Shown here: in pieces, positions 16,618 to 24,954 of the stretch
Layout of the letters: each line of letters starts with the position of its first letter
Position numbering within the stretch: the first letter of the stretch is position 1
From: Candidatus Eremiobacteria bacterium
Lineage (GTDB): Bacteria > Vulcanimicrobiota > Vulcanimicrobiia > Vulcanimicrobiales > Vulcanimicrobiaceae
DNA: 42,481 nucleotides
Reading direction: 5' to 3'
NCBI GenBank assembly: GCA_025451135.1
Contig: JANWKW010000088.1
Span: forward strand, 1-42,481
Notes under the pieces: generated by a model
Database searches by the model: none
Told to the model about the DNA's origin: nothing
The model's input: only the letters and a program-made list of their open reading frames with translations
Program-made: the position numbers and the translations under genes

Positions 16618-17348
16618 TCGCGCTTCCACGTCTTCTCCAGGACGGCGATGATCCAGATCGAGGCCTCGTAGAGCACGCACATCGGCAGCGCGAGCAGGGC
16701 CATCGTCATCGGGTTGCCGTCGGGCGCGGCGATGCCGCTGGCCACGAAGAACCCGAAGATCGCGTGACGGCGGTACTTCATCAGCAGCGCGCGATTGACG
16801 ATGCCGATGCGCGCCAGGCCGATCGTGATGACCGGCAGCTGGAAGATGATCGCGAAGAGCGCCAGCAGGATCATCACGAAGTTGAGCGTGTCTGCCACGC
16901 CGAACGTCGCGACGGCGACCTCGTTCGTGATGTTGATGAGCGCGGCGACGACGCGCGGGATGACGATGAAGTGCGCGAATGCGAGGCCCGCGAGCGCGAG
17001 CAGCAGCGACGGCGCGATGAAGGCGTAGACCATCCGGCGCGTCTTCGGGTGGAACGCCGGGACGACGAACATCCAGATCTGGTGCAGCAGCACGGGCAGC
17101 CCGATGACGATGCCGCCGATGATGGAGAACTTGAACTCGGTGAAGATGACGTCGGCCGGTCCGAACGCGTGCAGCTCGATGCCGTGGAAGTACTGCGCGA
17201 CCATCCATTTGATGACGAACTGCGACGGCCAGAACAGGACGACCGCGATCGCGACGACCGTTCCGATCGAGATCAGAAGGCGCGTACGAAGTTCGCGGAG
17301 ATGCTCGGTGAACGGCATCTCCTTTTGGTCCCAGGCGAACTCGGGCAT
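16614..17348 (-). CDS. tatC: Twin-arginine translocase subunit TatC
   Basis: MPFTEHLRELRTRLL N-terminus and a six-TM TatC pattern. Confidence 0.9.
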   Translation of the reverse strand: MPEFAWDQKEMPFTEHLRELRTRLLISIGTVVAIAVVLFWPSQFVIKWMVAQYFHGIELHAFGPADVIFTEFKFSIIGGIVIGLPVLLHQIWMFVVPAFHPKTRRMVYAFIAPSLLLALAGLAFAHFIVIPRVVAALINITNEVAVATFGVADTLNFVMILLALFAIIFQLPVITIGLARIGIVNRALLMKYRRHAIFGFFVASGIAAPDGNPMTMALLALPMCVLYEASIWIIAVLEKTWKRE

Positions 17349-17358
17349 TAGCCGGCCT

Positions 17359-17658
17359 TTAGAGCGATGAGGTTCCTTGGTCGCTCGGCGGCGGAACGGC
17401 TTGACCGGCCGCGTTGCCCGCTTCGACGTTGCTCATCGGATCGGCGGCGGCGGCTTCGGCACGTCTGCGGGCGTCTTCGCGGGCCTTCTCGGCCGCGACG
17501 TCGGCGTCGGCCTGGCCCTGGATGAACTCTTTTTTCGCCTGGCCGGCGCTGCGGGCCAGCTTGGGCAGCTTGTCGGCGCCGAACAGGAGCGCGGCGAGAG
17601 CGACGATCCCGATGATGATCGGGGCGTCGATGAAGGCGAGGACGGGGTGCAGTTGCAT
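17359..17658 (-). CDS. tatA: Twin-arginine translocase subunit TatA/E
   Basis: ATG at 17658 with AGGAGA 13 nt upstream. A single TM is followed by LLFGADKLPKLARSAGQAKKEF, the amphipathic helix motif. Confidence 0.85.
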   Translation of the reverse strand: MQLHPVLAFIDAPIIIGIVALAALLFGADKLPKLARSAGQAKKEFIQGQADADVAAEKAREDARRRAEAAAADPMSNVEAGNAAGQAVPPPSDQGTSSL

Positions 17659-17674
17659 GAGGGGTAATCGTCTC

Positions 17675-18631
17675 CTAGTCGGCCGCGAGCGCGTCGGCCA
17701 GTCGTTCGAGTTCGGTTTTGGCACCCGATGCTCCCATCGGAGCGAGCGCGGCTTTGGCCCGGGCCGCGTAGTCGGCGATCCGGCCGCGGGTCAGGTCGAG
17801 CGCCCCGACCCGGGCGATGTCGGCCACGATGGCGGCCACGTCCGCGTCGCCTCCCCTACCGTCATAGTACGTTTCGACGCGGGCCCGAAGGGCGGCGTCC
17901 CCGGTCCCGAGGGCCAGAATTAACGGAATCGTCATCTTGCGCTCGTGCAGGTCGTTGCCGACCGGCTTGCCGATGGCGGCGGCGTCGGCGGTCACGTCCA
18001 GCAGGTCGTCCTTCATCTGGAATGCGATGCCGTAGAGATCGCCGTACTCGCGGAGCGCCTCGACCTGGTCGGGCGACCCGCCGGCCGCGATCGCGCCGCA
18101 CTCGGCCGACGCCGCGAACAGCGAGGCCGTCTTCTTGCGGGCCACGTCCACGTAGGTCTCGACCGGCAGGTCCAGCACGCCCAGTGACCGGAGCTGGAGC
18201 ACCTCGCCGTCGCAGATGTCGGCCAGGGTCGCGCTCAGGATGTGCGGGATCGGCGCGTCGTAGTTGGCGGTGACGTTCTTGAAGATCCAGGCGAACAGAT
18301 AGTCGCCGGCCAGCACGCTCACGCGGTTGCCGTAGTCGATCGCGGTCGCATTGACGCCGCGGCGCGTGCTCGCGTTGTCGACCACGTCGTCGTGGATCAA
18401 GGTGGCGACGTGGATCAGCTCCATATACGCCGCCAGATAGAGATGCTCGTCGGCGTCGTCGCCGCAAGCGCTCGCGGCGAGCAGCGTCATGCGCGGACGC
18501 AGGCGCTTGCCGCCGGCGGCCAGCATGCGTTTGACGGCCTCGGTGATCAGCGGGTTGTCGGTCGAGAACGTCTCGTCGAAGAACCGCTCGACGCGGGCGT
18601 AGACGCCGGCGTCGTCGCGCACGGTCTCCAC
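17675..18631 (-). CDS. Long-chain all-trans polyprenyl diphosphate synthase (menaquinone side chain)
   Basis: The GTG at 18631 shares 1 nt with the menG stop (TAGTG). GKRLRP motif, first Asp-rich motif LIHDDVVD and second FQMKDDLLD. Confidence 0.9.
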   Translation of the reverse strand: METVRDDAGVYARVERFFDETFSTDNPLITEAVKRMLAAGGKRLRPRMTLLAASACGDDADEHLYLAAYMELIHVATLIHDDVVDNASTRRGVNATAIDYGNRVSVLAGDYLFAWIFKNVTANYDAPIPHILSATLADICDGEVLQLRSLGVLDLPVETYVDVARKKTASLFAASAECGAIAAGGSPDQVEALREYGDLYGIAFQMKDDLLDVTADAAAIGKPVGNDLHERKMTIPLILALGTGDAALRARVETYYDGRGGDADVAAIVADIARVGALDLTRGRIADYAARAKAALAPMGASGAKTELERLADALAAD

Positions 18632-19380
18632 TAGACGTCCGCCCCTCGACTGCGCTGCGCTGCGCTCGGGATGACTGGAGAGGTCTGGTTGGAACCGTAG
18701 TGGATCGCGATCGCGCCGCCCATCAGGCGGACGTAGCCCGCGTCCGCGAAGCCGGCTTTGGCGAAACGGTCGCGCAACTCGTCGGCGTTGGGGTGATGGG
18801 TGAGCGATTGCGGCAGATAGGTGTAGGCCTGCTTCGAGCCGCCGACCAGTCCGCCGATCAGCGGCACCATCTTGTAGAAGTACAGGTCGAAACAGCGCTT
18901 CCAGATCGCGTTGGGCGCCTTGCTCACGTCCAGGTTGACGAAGCGCGCGCCGGGTTTGAGCACGCGGCGGATCTCGGCCAGGACGGCGTCGATGTCGACC
19001 ACGTTGCGCAGCGAGAAGCCCATGGTCGCGCCGTCGAAGGATGCGTCGGGGAACGGCAGCGTCATCACGTCGCCTTCGACGAAGGTCGCGTCGCCGCGCG
19101 CCTCTTTGGGGGCGCGGGCGCGGGCGCCGTCGAGCATCGGCGCGCAGAAGTCGATGCCGGTGACGTGCAGGCTCGGATCCGTCCGCAAGAGATGGAAGAC
19201 GACGTCCCCGGTGCCGCAGCACAGGTCGAGGATGGCGCCGCCCTTGGGCGCGGCCAACAGCGCGATCGCGCGCCGGCGCCAGCGTTCGTCCATGCCCGCC
19301 GTCATCACGCGGTTGGTCGCATCGTAGCGCGGCGCGATCCGTGCGAACATCTCGCGGACGTAGGCGCCCTTGTCGGTCAT
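18631..19380 (-). CDS. menG: Demethylmenaquinone / ubiquinone C-methyltransferase
   Basis: FARIAPRYDATNRVMT, SAM motif LDLCCGTGD, and GFSLRNV. The last ~18 codons are encoded by repeat copy B. Confidence 0.9.
   Translation of the reverse strand: MTDKGAYVREMFARIAPRYDATNRVMTAGMDERWRRRAIALLAAPKGGAILDLCCGTGDVVFHLLRTDPSLHVTGIDFCAPMLDGARARAPKEARGDATFVEGDVMTLPFPDASFDGATMGFSLRNVVDIDAVLAEIRRVLKPGARFVNLDVSKAPNAIWKRCFDLYFYKMVPLIGGLVGGSKQAYTYLPQSLTHHPNADELRDRFAKAGFADAGYVRLMGGAIAIHYGSNQTSPVIPSAAQRSRGADV
18641..18675 (-). repeat. 35-bp short interspersed repeat, copy B (GTCATCCCGAGCGCAGCGCAGCGCAGTCGAGGGGC)
   Basis: 30/35 identical to copy A at 2247-2281. The internal core is a perfect (GCAGC)x2 followed by GCAGT. 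It is embedded in the 3' end of menG, 10 nt before the next gene's GTG. Confidence 0.7.
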
Positions 19381-19472
19381 GGCGACTCTGCTTCTCGGCA
19401 TCGGACGACGGGCCTCTACTCCTGCCGCCTCCCCCTTGTCGTTCGCGACGTTTGTCGGGATAGGACCTCGGG

Positions 19473-20312
19473 ATGCTCGCACTCGCCTCGACCGCCGAGA
19501 CGCTCGCCGCCGTCGCGTCGGCTCGCTCGGTCTCGTTCTCGGCCTATCTGCTCCATCCGGGAGCGCTCTTCGACGCGCTCGACGCGGCCGCGCGGCGGGG
19601 GGCGAAGGTCGTCGCCCGGGTGGAGGAATCGCCCTACCGGGCCGGCTCGCTGGCGCGACTCAACGCCCGGATGCTCGAGCGGCTGCGGCGCGACGGCGCG
19701 GACGCCCGCGCCGAACCCGGCGTGCACGCCAAGACGCTGATCGCGGACGGCGTCGCGTACTACGACGACGCGAACTGGCTCGAGCGCGGCGGCGACACGA
19801 TCCTGCGCGATCCGGACGCGCGCGATCCCGCCGTGGCGACGACCAAAGGGGCGGCGCTCGATCTGGAGCTGCGCGCGATCGAAGCGGCGCGGGCGGGGGA
19901 TGCGATAGATCTGGAGACCGAGTCGTTCGGCAACGGTCCGGTCTCCGGCGCGCTGGAACGCGCGGCCGGCCGCGGCGCGCGCGTGCGCGTGCTGGTCTCG
20001 CGCCGCGAGCTCCGGCGCAACGCCCGCGAAGCGGAGACGATCGCCGGCCTCGAGCGCGCCGGGGCCGAGGTGCGATCGACCGGCGCGACCGAGAAGTTCG
20101 CGGTGGTCGGCGAGCGCGCGTGGGTCGGAAGCGCGAACGCGACGTACGGCGCATTCGATCAGAGCGATTGGGGTGCGGTCGTCGACGATGCGCCGGTGCG
20201 GGAACATTGCGCGAGCGCGTTCGCCTCGCGGTGGGGGACGGCACGAAGAGAGAAGGCCCCCGCGAAGCGGGAGCCTTCCTTCGTGCCCGTCGACGCGCGC
20301 GTCAGAGCTTGA
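19473..20312 (+). CDS. Phospholipase D-like (HKD superfamily) protein with two half-degenerate motifs
   Basis: First motif is VHAKTLIADGVAYYDDAN: HxK..D is intact but GSxN is degenerate. Second motif is TEKFAVVGERAWVGSAN: His and Asp are lost but GSAN is intact. Confidence 0.6.
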   Translation: MLALASTAETLAAVASARSVSFSAYLLHPGALFDALDAAARRGAKVVARVEESPYRAGSLARLNARMLERLRRDGADARAEPGVHAKTLIADGVAYYDDANWLERGGDTILRDPDARDPAVATTKGAALDLELRAIEAARAGDAIDLETESFGNGPVSGALERAAGRGARVRVLVSRRELRRNAREAETIAGLERAGAEVRSTGATEKFAVVGERAWVGSANATYGAFDQSDWGAVVDDAPVREHCASAFASRWGTARREKAPAKREPSFVPVDARVRA

Positions 20313-23300
20313 TGCGCGCTTCCAGGAAGAACTGGAACGGCTGCTTCGTCTGGTTGAAGTTGCCGGCCGTGGTGTTCGAGTTGGTCTGCCCGTAGTACGC
20401 GCCGTACGGATAGCGCAGCAGCCGCTGGAAGCTCCCGACCGTGGCCGGGGGATTGTAGAGGTTGCCGACCGGCGCGACCGCGCCGCCCGTGTTGAGCAGG
20501 TTGTAGGAACAGACGTTGTGGTCGTTCGGCAGCGTCCACGCCGCCTTGGTCCCTCCCCAGCACGTGTCCACCAGGTTCGCGAAGGTCCCGACGAGCGTCA
20601 CCTTCGACGAAGCCTGATAGCTGATCTGGAGATTCGCGGCCAGTTGGTTCGGCTGTACGAACGAACCGAGATCGTCGAACGCGTTGGTGTACGGGTCCGG
20701 GATCGCGAGGGTTCCGCCGCAATTCGTGGCGTCGTACGCGCCGCCGCCCGGCGCGCCGTAGGGATACCGCGGATCGCCCGTCGGCGAGCTTCCCAGCGGC
20801 GCCGTGCAACTGCTCGGATCGATGCCGTTCGTCGTCTCGGGTTCGCCGTAGCGAGCACCGCCTTGGAACTGCACGGAGGGCGTGATCGAGAGCCGGTCGC
20901 GCTTGTAGTTGAGGATCGCCGTCGCCACGTACGGCGCTCCGTACGCGACCGCATACGACTGGACCGGTCCGGGGAAGTTCGTGTACGTCGCGAACGACTG
21001 GTTCGGGTCGATCGGCGCCTGAAGCGGCGCGTTGTAGTAGGGATTGGCGATCGCCCCGGGAGCCGCGCAGCTCGATGCGGCGCCGGCCAGGTAGCACGGC
21101 GAACCGCCGCCCGCCTGGGTGAACGCGTTGTACTTGGCGATGTCCGCATTGATGCCGGTCACGACGGTCGAGCCGTTGTTGAGCGTATCGTACTTGATCG
21201 CCGAGTGCGTGTAGGCGAAGGATAGCTGCCCCGAGAGCCCGTTCCGGCTGAAATCGCCGTCGTTGAGCTGGAACTCGAAGCCCTTGCTCGTCTGCCGGCC
21301 GACGTTGAGGCCCGAGACGAAACCCGTCTTCTGGTCGAGGAAGAACTGCTGGATCTGATCCTTCGTGGAGCGCAGAAACGGCGTCAGCTTGTACGACCAG
21401 TCGGTGCCCTTGACGTGCTTCTCGAGCGAGAGGTCGTAGTTCAAGGACGTCGGCGGACGGACGGCGTGCTGGCCGGGCGTCGTGAAGCCGAGCGCGTAGA
21501 ACGCGGCCGAACCCGGGAGTTCGAACGGCGTATCTTCCTGGAGCGTATCGTACTGCTCGAAGGCCGCGTTCGGCGGTTCGGCATACTTACCGGCCGAGAA
21601 GCGGATCACGGTATCGGGGTTCACCGTGTACGTCCCGCCCAGGCGCGGCTCGAAGATGTCGTAGGTCTGCGTTCCCGAGACGTTCTGCATGTTCGCGGCG
21701 GTGTACCCCGCCGGGCAGGGGTCGCTCGGGAGCAGTCCCGCGCCGATCGCCGATTTATCGACCGGCGCGCCCTTCGCGTCGATGCAGTTGTCGAGATTCC
21801 ATGCCTTGAACCAGAACGCGCGGACCGGATCGCCCGCGCGCGTGTTCCCGCCGACGAATTGGAACCGGTCGTAACGCAGCCCAAGGTTCAGCAGCAGTCT
21901 GTCGTTGGGCCGGAACTCGTCGGTCAGCGAGACCGACGTGAAGCGCGGCGTCACCGTGTTGTACGTCGCCCAGAGGGAGTTCTCGGCGACGAGCCAGGTG
22001 CACGGTCCGGCCGGACCGCCCGGCACGTCGCACGAGCCGGCCAGCGCCGGAACGGTCCCGTTCGCGACGCCGCCCCAGGTCGCGAAGTTCGCGCGGTTGC
22101 CGTTGGCATCGCCGCCCGGATTGCAGGTGATCTCGTTTCCGGCCGCGCCGAAGCAGTATCCGCCGAACGGAGCGTTGGCGTTCACCATCACGATGCCGCG
22201 CGAGCGCGCGCCGCCCGCGTTGAACATCTGCGTGTTGTTGTCGCGTACCGACGTGGCGGTCGTGTACGCGGCCTGCAGCTCGATCAGGTTCCGCGCGTCC
22301 AGCTGCTTGCTGAACGCCGCGCTGACGCCGCGGGTGTGCGAGCTGAGCTCGTAATCCGAGGCGCAGCACGCGACGTAGTTCGCGTCCGCGCTGTTCGGAC
22401 CGTTCTGCGTCCACGCGCTGTAGTACGTGTAGCCGTAGATCCGGAAGAATGCATCGCTGCCGATGTTCTTCTGGTACTGCAGCTTCACGATCTCCTGGCT
22501 GTTGCGCAGCGTGTCGCGGTAGTTCGGCGGGATGATCCCGCCGAAGGCGTGCGCCGGCGTCCCGGGATACGCGTACGGCGTGACGCACGAACGGGAGAGC
22601 GTCGCTGTGGTGGTCCCGACGCCGCACGTCCACTGGTAGCCGTCGGCGAAGGTCGGCGCGTTGGCGATGCCGCCGAACGCGGCGAAACCGCCGGCGTCGT
22701 TCGTCGAGCTGTAGAACGGATTGGTCAGCTCCCCGCTGTCCCACAGCAGCTGGACGTCGTCCTTGCCGCCGTCGTTCTTATGCGGGAGGCCGAAGTGGAG
22801 ATTCGCGACGACGTCGCGATCGGCGATCCCGGCCTGGAACATGTATTGATACGGGAGGATCGCGTAGCACCCCGTCGGTGCGAGGTTCGCGGGACAGGTG
22901 CCGGTGCCGGGTGCGACCGGCGCCATCGCGCCGGCGAAGTCCGTCGCGCCGGCCCCGTTGCTCTGATCGATGTAGCGGAAGCCTTGGTTATATCCGCCGA
23001 GGCCGACGTAGTACGAGAAGAGCCGGTTCGGCGACGAGCCGCCGGCTTCGATCGAGAGCTTGTGATAGAACGTCGGCGTTCCCAGGCCGAACTGCGCGGT
23101 GCCGAAGCCTGGATACGTCCCGGTCTTGATCACCTGGTTGATGTAGCCGGCCAGGCCTTGGCCTTCGGAGTTCGCCGGCGAGGCGCCGGTATAGACCTGA
23201 AGCTCCTGTTGGCCCAGGGACGATGCCGCGCCCGACGGATAGTTGTCGAACGAACGGTTGACGGGGACGCCGTCGAGTTCGTAGCCGACCTGATCGTAGT

Positions 23301-23871
23301 CGCCGCCCCGGATGTGGACCGTCTGGAAGTAGCCCATCTGGTTGAGCGGCACGAATGCCCCGGGGACCGAGGCGATCGCCGAGTAGGCGGAGTTCAACGC
23401 GCCGCCGCCGCCCAGGCCAGAGATCTTGTCCTGGGTGGACGCGCCGATCGAATAGACGTCGGCGGTCGTCCCGGATTTCACCAGGCTGCCCGCGGCGGTC
23501 GACGTGACCCGTACGATGGTCGCGATCGACGAGTGCAGTTGGATCGCGACGTTCTGCGTCGCGTCGGCGAAGACGGTCAGGCCCGCCGTGCTGCGGGGTT
23601 GATAGCCGTCTTTCTCGGCCGATACGGTATACGTATCCGGCGCGAGCGAGATGAAGAGGAAGTGGCCGGTCGCGTCGGTCTGCGTCGTCGCGCTTTGCGA
23701 GGGGCTCGTCGCGGTGACCTTTGCATCTGCAAGGGGCGCACCCGAGTCCGCGGAGACGACGACACCGCTCATGCGGCCCGTGGTCCCAGCCAGTGCCCAT
23801 GTTTCCTGGCTGAGAAATCCGACGAGCAGCACCGCGGTGACCAGCGCATGCCGGAATCGATGTCGTGGCAT
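20302..23871 (-). CDS. TonB-dependent outer-membrane receptor with an N-terminal carboxypeptidase-regulatory-like domain
   Basis: ATG at 23871 with GGAG upstream. Signal peptide, then GRMSGVVVSADSGAPLADAKVTA...GHFLFISLAPDTYTVSAEKDGY (CarboxypepD_reg-like), a plug region (VHIRGGDYDQVGYELDGVPVN) and a ~900-aa beta-barrel-like Gly/Tyr/Asn-rich region. Confidence 0.85.
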   Translation of the reverse strand: MPRHRFRHALVTAVLLVGFLSQETWALAGTTGRMSGVVVSADSGAPLADAKVTATSPSQSATTQTDATGHFLFISLAPDTYTVSAEKDGYQPRSTAGLTVFADATQNVAIQLHSSIATIVRVTSTAAGSLVKSGTTADVYSIGASTQDKISGLGGGGALNSAYSAIASVPGAFVPLNQMGYFQTVHIRGGDYDQVGYELDGVPVNRSFDNYPSGAASSLGQQELQVYTGASPANSEGQGLAGYINQVIKTGTYPGFGTAQFGLGTPTFYHKLSIEAGGSSPNRLFSYYVGLGGYNQGFRYIDQSNGAGATDFAGAMAPVAPGTGTCPANLAPTGCYAILPYQYMFQAGIADRDVVANLHFGLPHKNDGGKDDVQLLWDSGELTNPFYSSTNDAGGFAAFGGIANAPTFADGYQWTCGVGTTTATLSRSCVTPYAYPGTPAHAFGGIIPPNYRDTLRNSQEIVKLQYQKNIGSDAFFRIYGYTYYSAWTQNGPNSADANYVACCASDYELSSHTRGVSAAFSKQLDARNLIELQAAYTTATSVRDNNTQMFNAGGARSRGIVMVNANAPFGGYCFGAAGNEITCNPGGDANGNRANFATWGGVANGTVPALAGSCDVPGGPAGPCTWLVAENSLWATYNTVTPRFTSVSLTDEFRPNDRLLLNLGLRYDRFQFVGGNTRAGDPVRAFWFKAWNLDNCIDAKGAPVDKSAIGAGLLPSDPCPAGYTAANMQNVSGTQTYDIFEPRLGGTYTVNPDTVIRFSAGKYAEPPNAAFEQYDTLQEDTPFELPGSAAFYALGFTTPGQHAVRPPTSLNYDLSLEKHVKGTDWSYKLTPFLRSTKDQIQQFFLDQKTGFVSGLNVGRQTSKGFEFQLNDGDFSRNGLSGQLSFAYTHSAIKYDTLNNGSTVVTGINADIAKYNAFTQAGGGSPCYLAGAASSCAAPGAIANPYYNAPLQAPIDPNQSFATYTNFPGPVQSYAVAYGAPYVATAILNYKRDRLSITPSVQFQGGARYGEPETTNGIDPSSCTAPLGSSPTGDPRYPYGAPGGGAYDATNCGGTLAIPDPYTNAFDDLGSFVQPNQLAANLQISYQASSKVTLVGTFANLVDTCWGGTKAAWTLPNDHNVCSYNLLNTGGAVAPVGNLYNPPATVGSFQRLLRYPYGAYYGQTNSNTTAGNFNQTKQPFQFFLEARIKL

Positions 23872-23901
23872 GGAGGCTCCTTTTCGGTTGTCGTTGTGTG
23901 T

Positions 23902-23924
23902 CGGCGCGGCGAAGAGCCGCGCCG
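23902..23924 (-). other. Perfect 9-bp GC hairpin in the araC-receptor intercistronic spacer
   Basis: CGGCGCGGC-TCTTC-GCCGCGCCG on the transcribed strand, with no following T-tract. It lies between the araC stop (23937) and the receptor ATG (23871). Confidence 0.5.
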
Positions 23925-23936
23925 GTACGAAACGTA

Positions 23937-24884
23937 TCAATCGATCGAGGCCGTGTCGCTCACAATCGGACGGCTCTGCGTACGAACGGACGGAAAACGC
24001 GCGAACGGCACGACCCCCGTCGATCGCCGGACGGCGCTCGGCGTCAATCCCGCGACGCGGCGCATGCAGCGCGCCATGGGGCTCTGGGTCGCGAAGCCCG
24101 CCCGCAGTGCGAGTTCGCTGAGCGGGAGGTCCTCGCTCAGGATCGCGTCGATCGCGTAGCGCACGCGCCGCCGGATGACGTGCTGGTGCAGCGGCAATCC
24201 GACGGCATCGCGGAAGAGCGTCTTGAGATGCGACGGGCTCAGATTGGCGACGCGCGCGAGTTCGACCAGCGAGAGATCGTGCGAGAGATGGTCGTCGATG
24301 AACGCGATGACGCGCCGCAGCCGCGTCTGCGAGAGCTTCGCCGGGCCGCGACGGCTGCCGTCGTACGCGGACCGGCGCAGCAGATGCGTCGCCAGCGCCA
24401 TGCCCAGGCTCTCGGCATAGACGCGCCCGAGGGGGTCCGCGCTCTCGACCTCATGTTTGAGCGCCCAGCATAGATGTTCGATCCGGGGATCGCGGAAGTA
24501 CAGGTTCGGGGCGATCGCGGAACGCTCGGGGTCCAGCCCGAGCCCTTCGGCGGCGGCATGCACGAGCGAGGCTTCGAGGAAGATGGCGACCTCGGTCGCG
24601 TTCGCCTCGTGCTGCCAGGCGGCATCGCTGCCGATCGGGATGACCTGCAGGTCGCCGCGCACGCGCAATCGCTGCGAGGCCGCCCCGTCGCACCGGCAGG
24701 CCGCGGCCAGCGGTTCGCTCAGGTGCATGCTGACCATGGTCGCGCCTGTCCGCTGGTTCTCGAGATAGCCCGGCGTGGTGTCGTAGATGGTCGCGTGGAA
24801 TCCCGTCCAATGGCGGTCCCGGCTGCTCTCGCGCGCGGTCAGCTGCATCGGCACCTCGTCGAGCGGAGACCGGCATTCGTCCAT
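23937..24884 (-). CDS. AraC/XylS-family transcriptional regulator
   Basis: C-terminal double HTH: LSLVELARVANLSPSHLKTLFR ... LSELALRAGFATQSPMARCMRRVAGLTPSAVRR. The N-terminal ~170 aa are a ligand/dimerisation-type domain. Confidence 0.85.
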   Translation of the reverse strand: MDECRSPLDEVPMQLTARESSRDRHWTGFHATIYDTTPGYLENQRTGATMVSMHLSEPLAAACRCDGAASQRLRVRGDLQVIPIGSDAAWQHEANATEVAIFLEASLVHAAAEGLGLDPERSAIAPNLYFRDPRIEHLCWALKHEVESADPLGRVYAESLGMALATHLLRRSAYDGSRRGPAKLSQTRLRRVIAFIDDHLSHDLSLVELARVANLSPSHLKTLFRDAVGLPLHQHVIRRRVRYAIDAILSEDLPLSELALRAGFATQSPMARCMRRVAGLTPSAVRRSTGVVPFARFPSVRTQSRPIVSDTASID

Positions 24885-24954
24885 GGCAGTGGATATAATG
24901 CACGGGCTGCCGTCGATGTGCCGTAAAAACTGCCCGATCTCTGCCAGTCGCGCT
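24885..24954 (-). promoter_or_regulatory. araC upstream region: AT-rich box next to the ATG plus four phased nTGCC repeats
   Basis: GGATATAATG island at 24891-24900, which reads CATTATATCC on the minus strand, 7 nt upstream of the ATG. Plus-strand CTGCCGT (24907), GTGCCGT (24918), CTGCCCG (24930) and CTGCCAG (24941) are spaced 11, 12 and 11 bp apart. Confidence 0.3.

Noticed and set aside
19381-19472. Possible promoters in the menG / PLD-like divergent spacer (TTGTCG ... TAGGAC).
   Set aside because: The spacer between these hexamers is 20 nt, and the -10 candidate lacks the invariant final T. The match is too weak to report as a feature.
20302-20320. The TonB-dependent receptor (...EARIKL) and the TonB-like protein at 1178 (...ATIKL) both end in IKL, not in the aromatic residue usual for outer-membrane beta-signals.
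   Set aside because: Two examples of a three-residue match can easily be coincidence, and TonB is not a barrel protein. This is worth revisiting only if other outer-membrane proteins of the genome share the ending.
24894-24899. Perfect TATAAT hexamer on the plus strand.
   Set aside because: There is no acceptable -35 element upstream. No plus-strand gene lies downstream, since everything to 33.8 kb is on the minus strand. The AT-rich island is more plausibly the -10 region of the minus-strand araC promoter.
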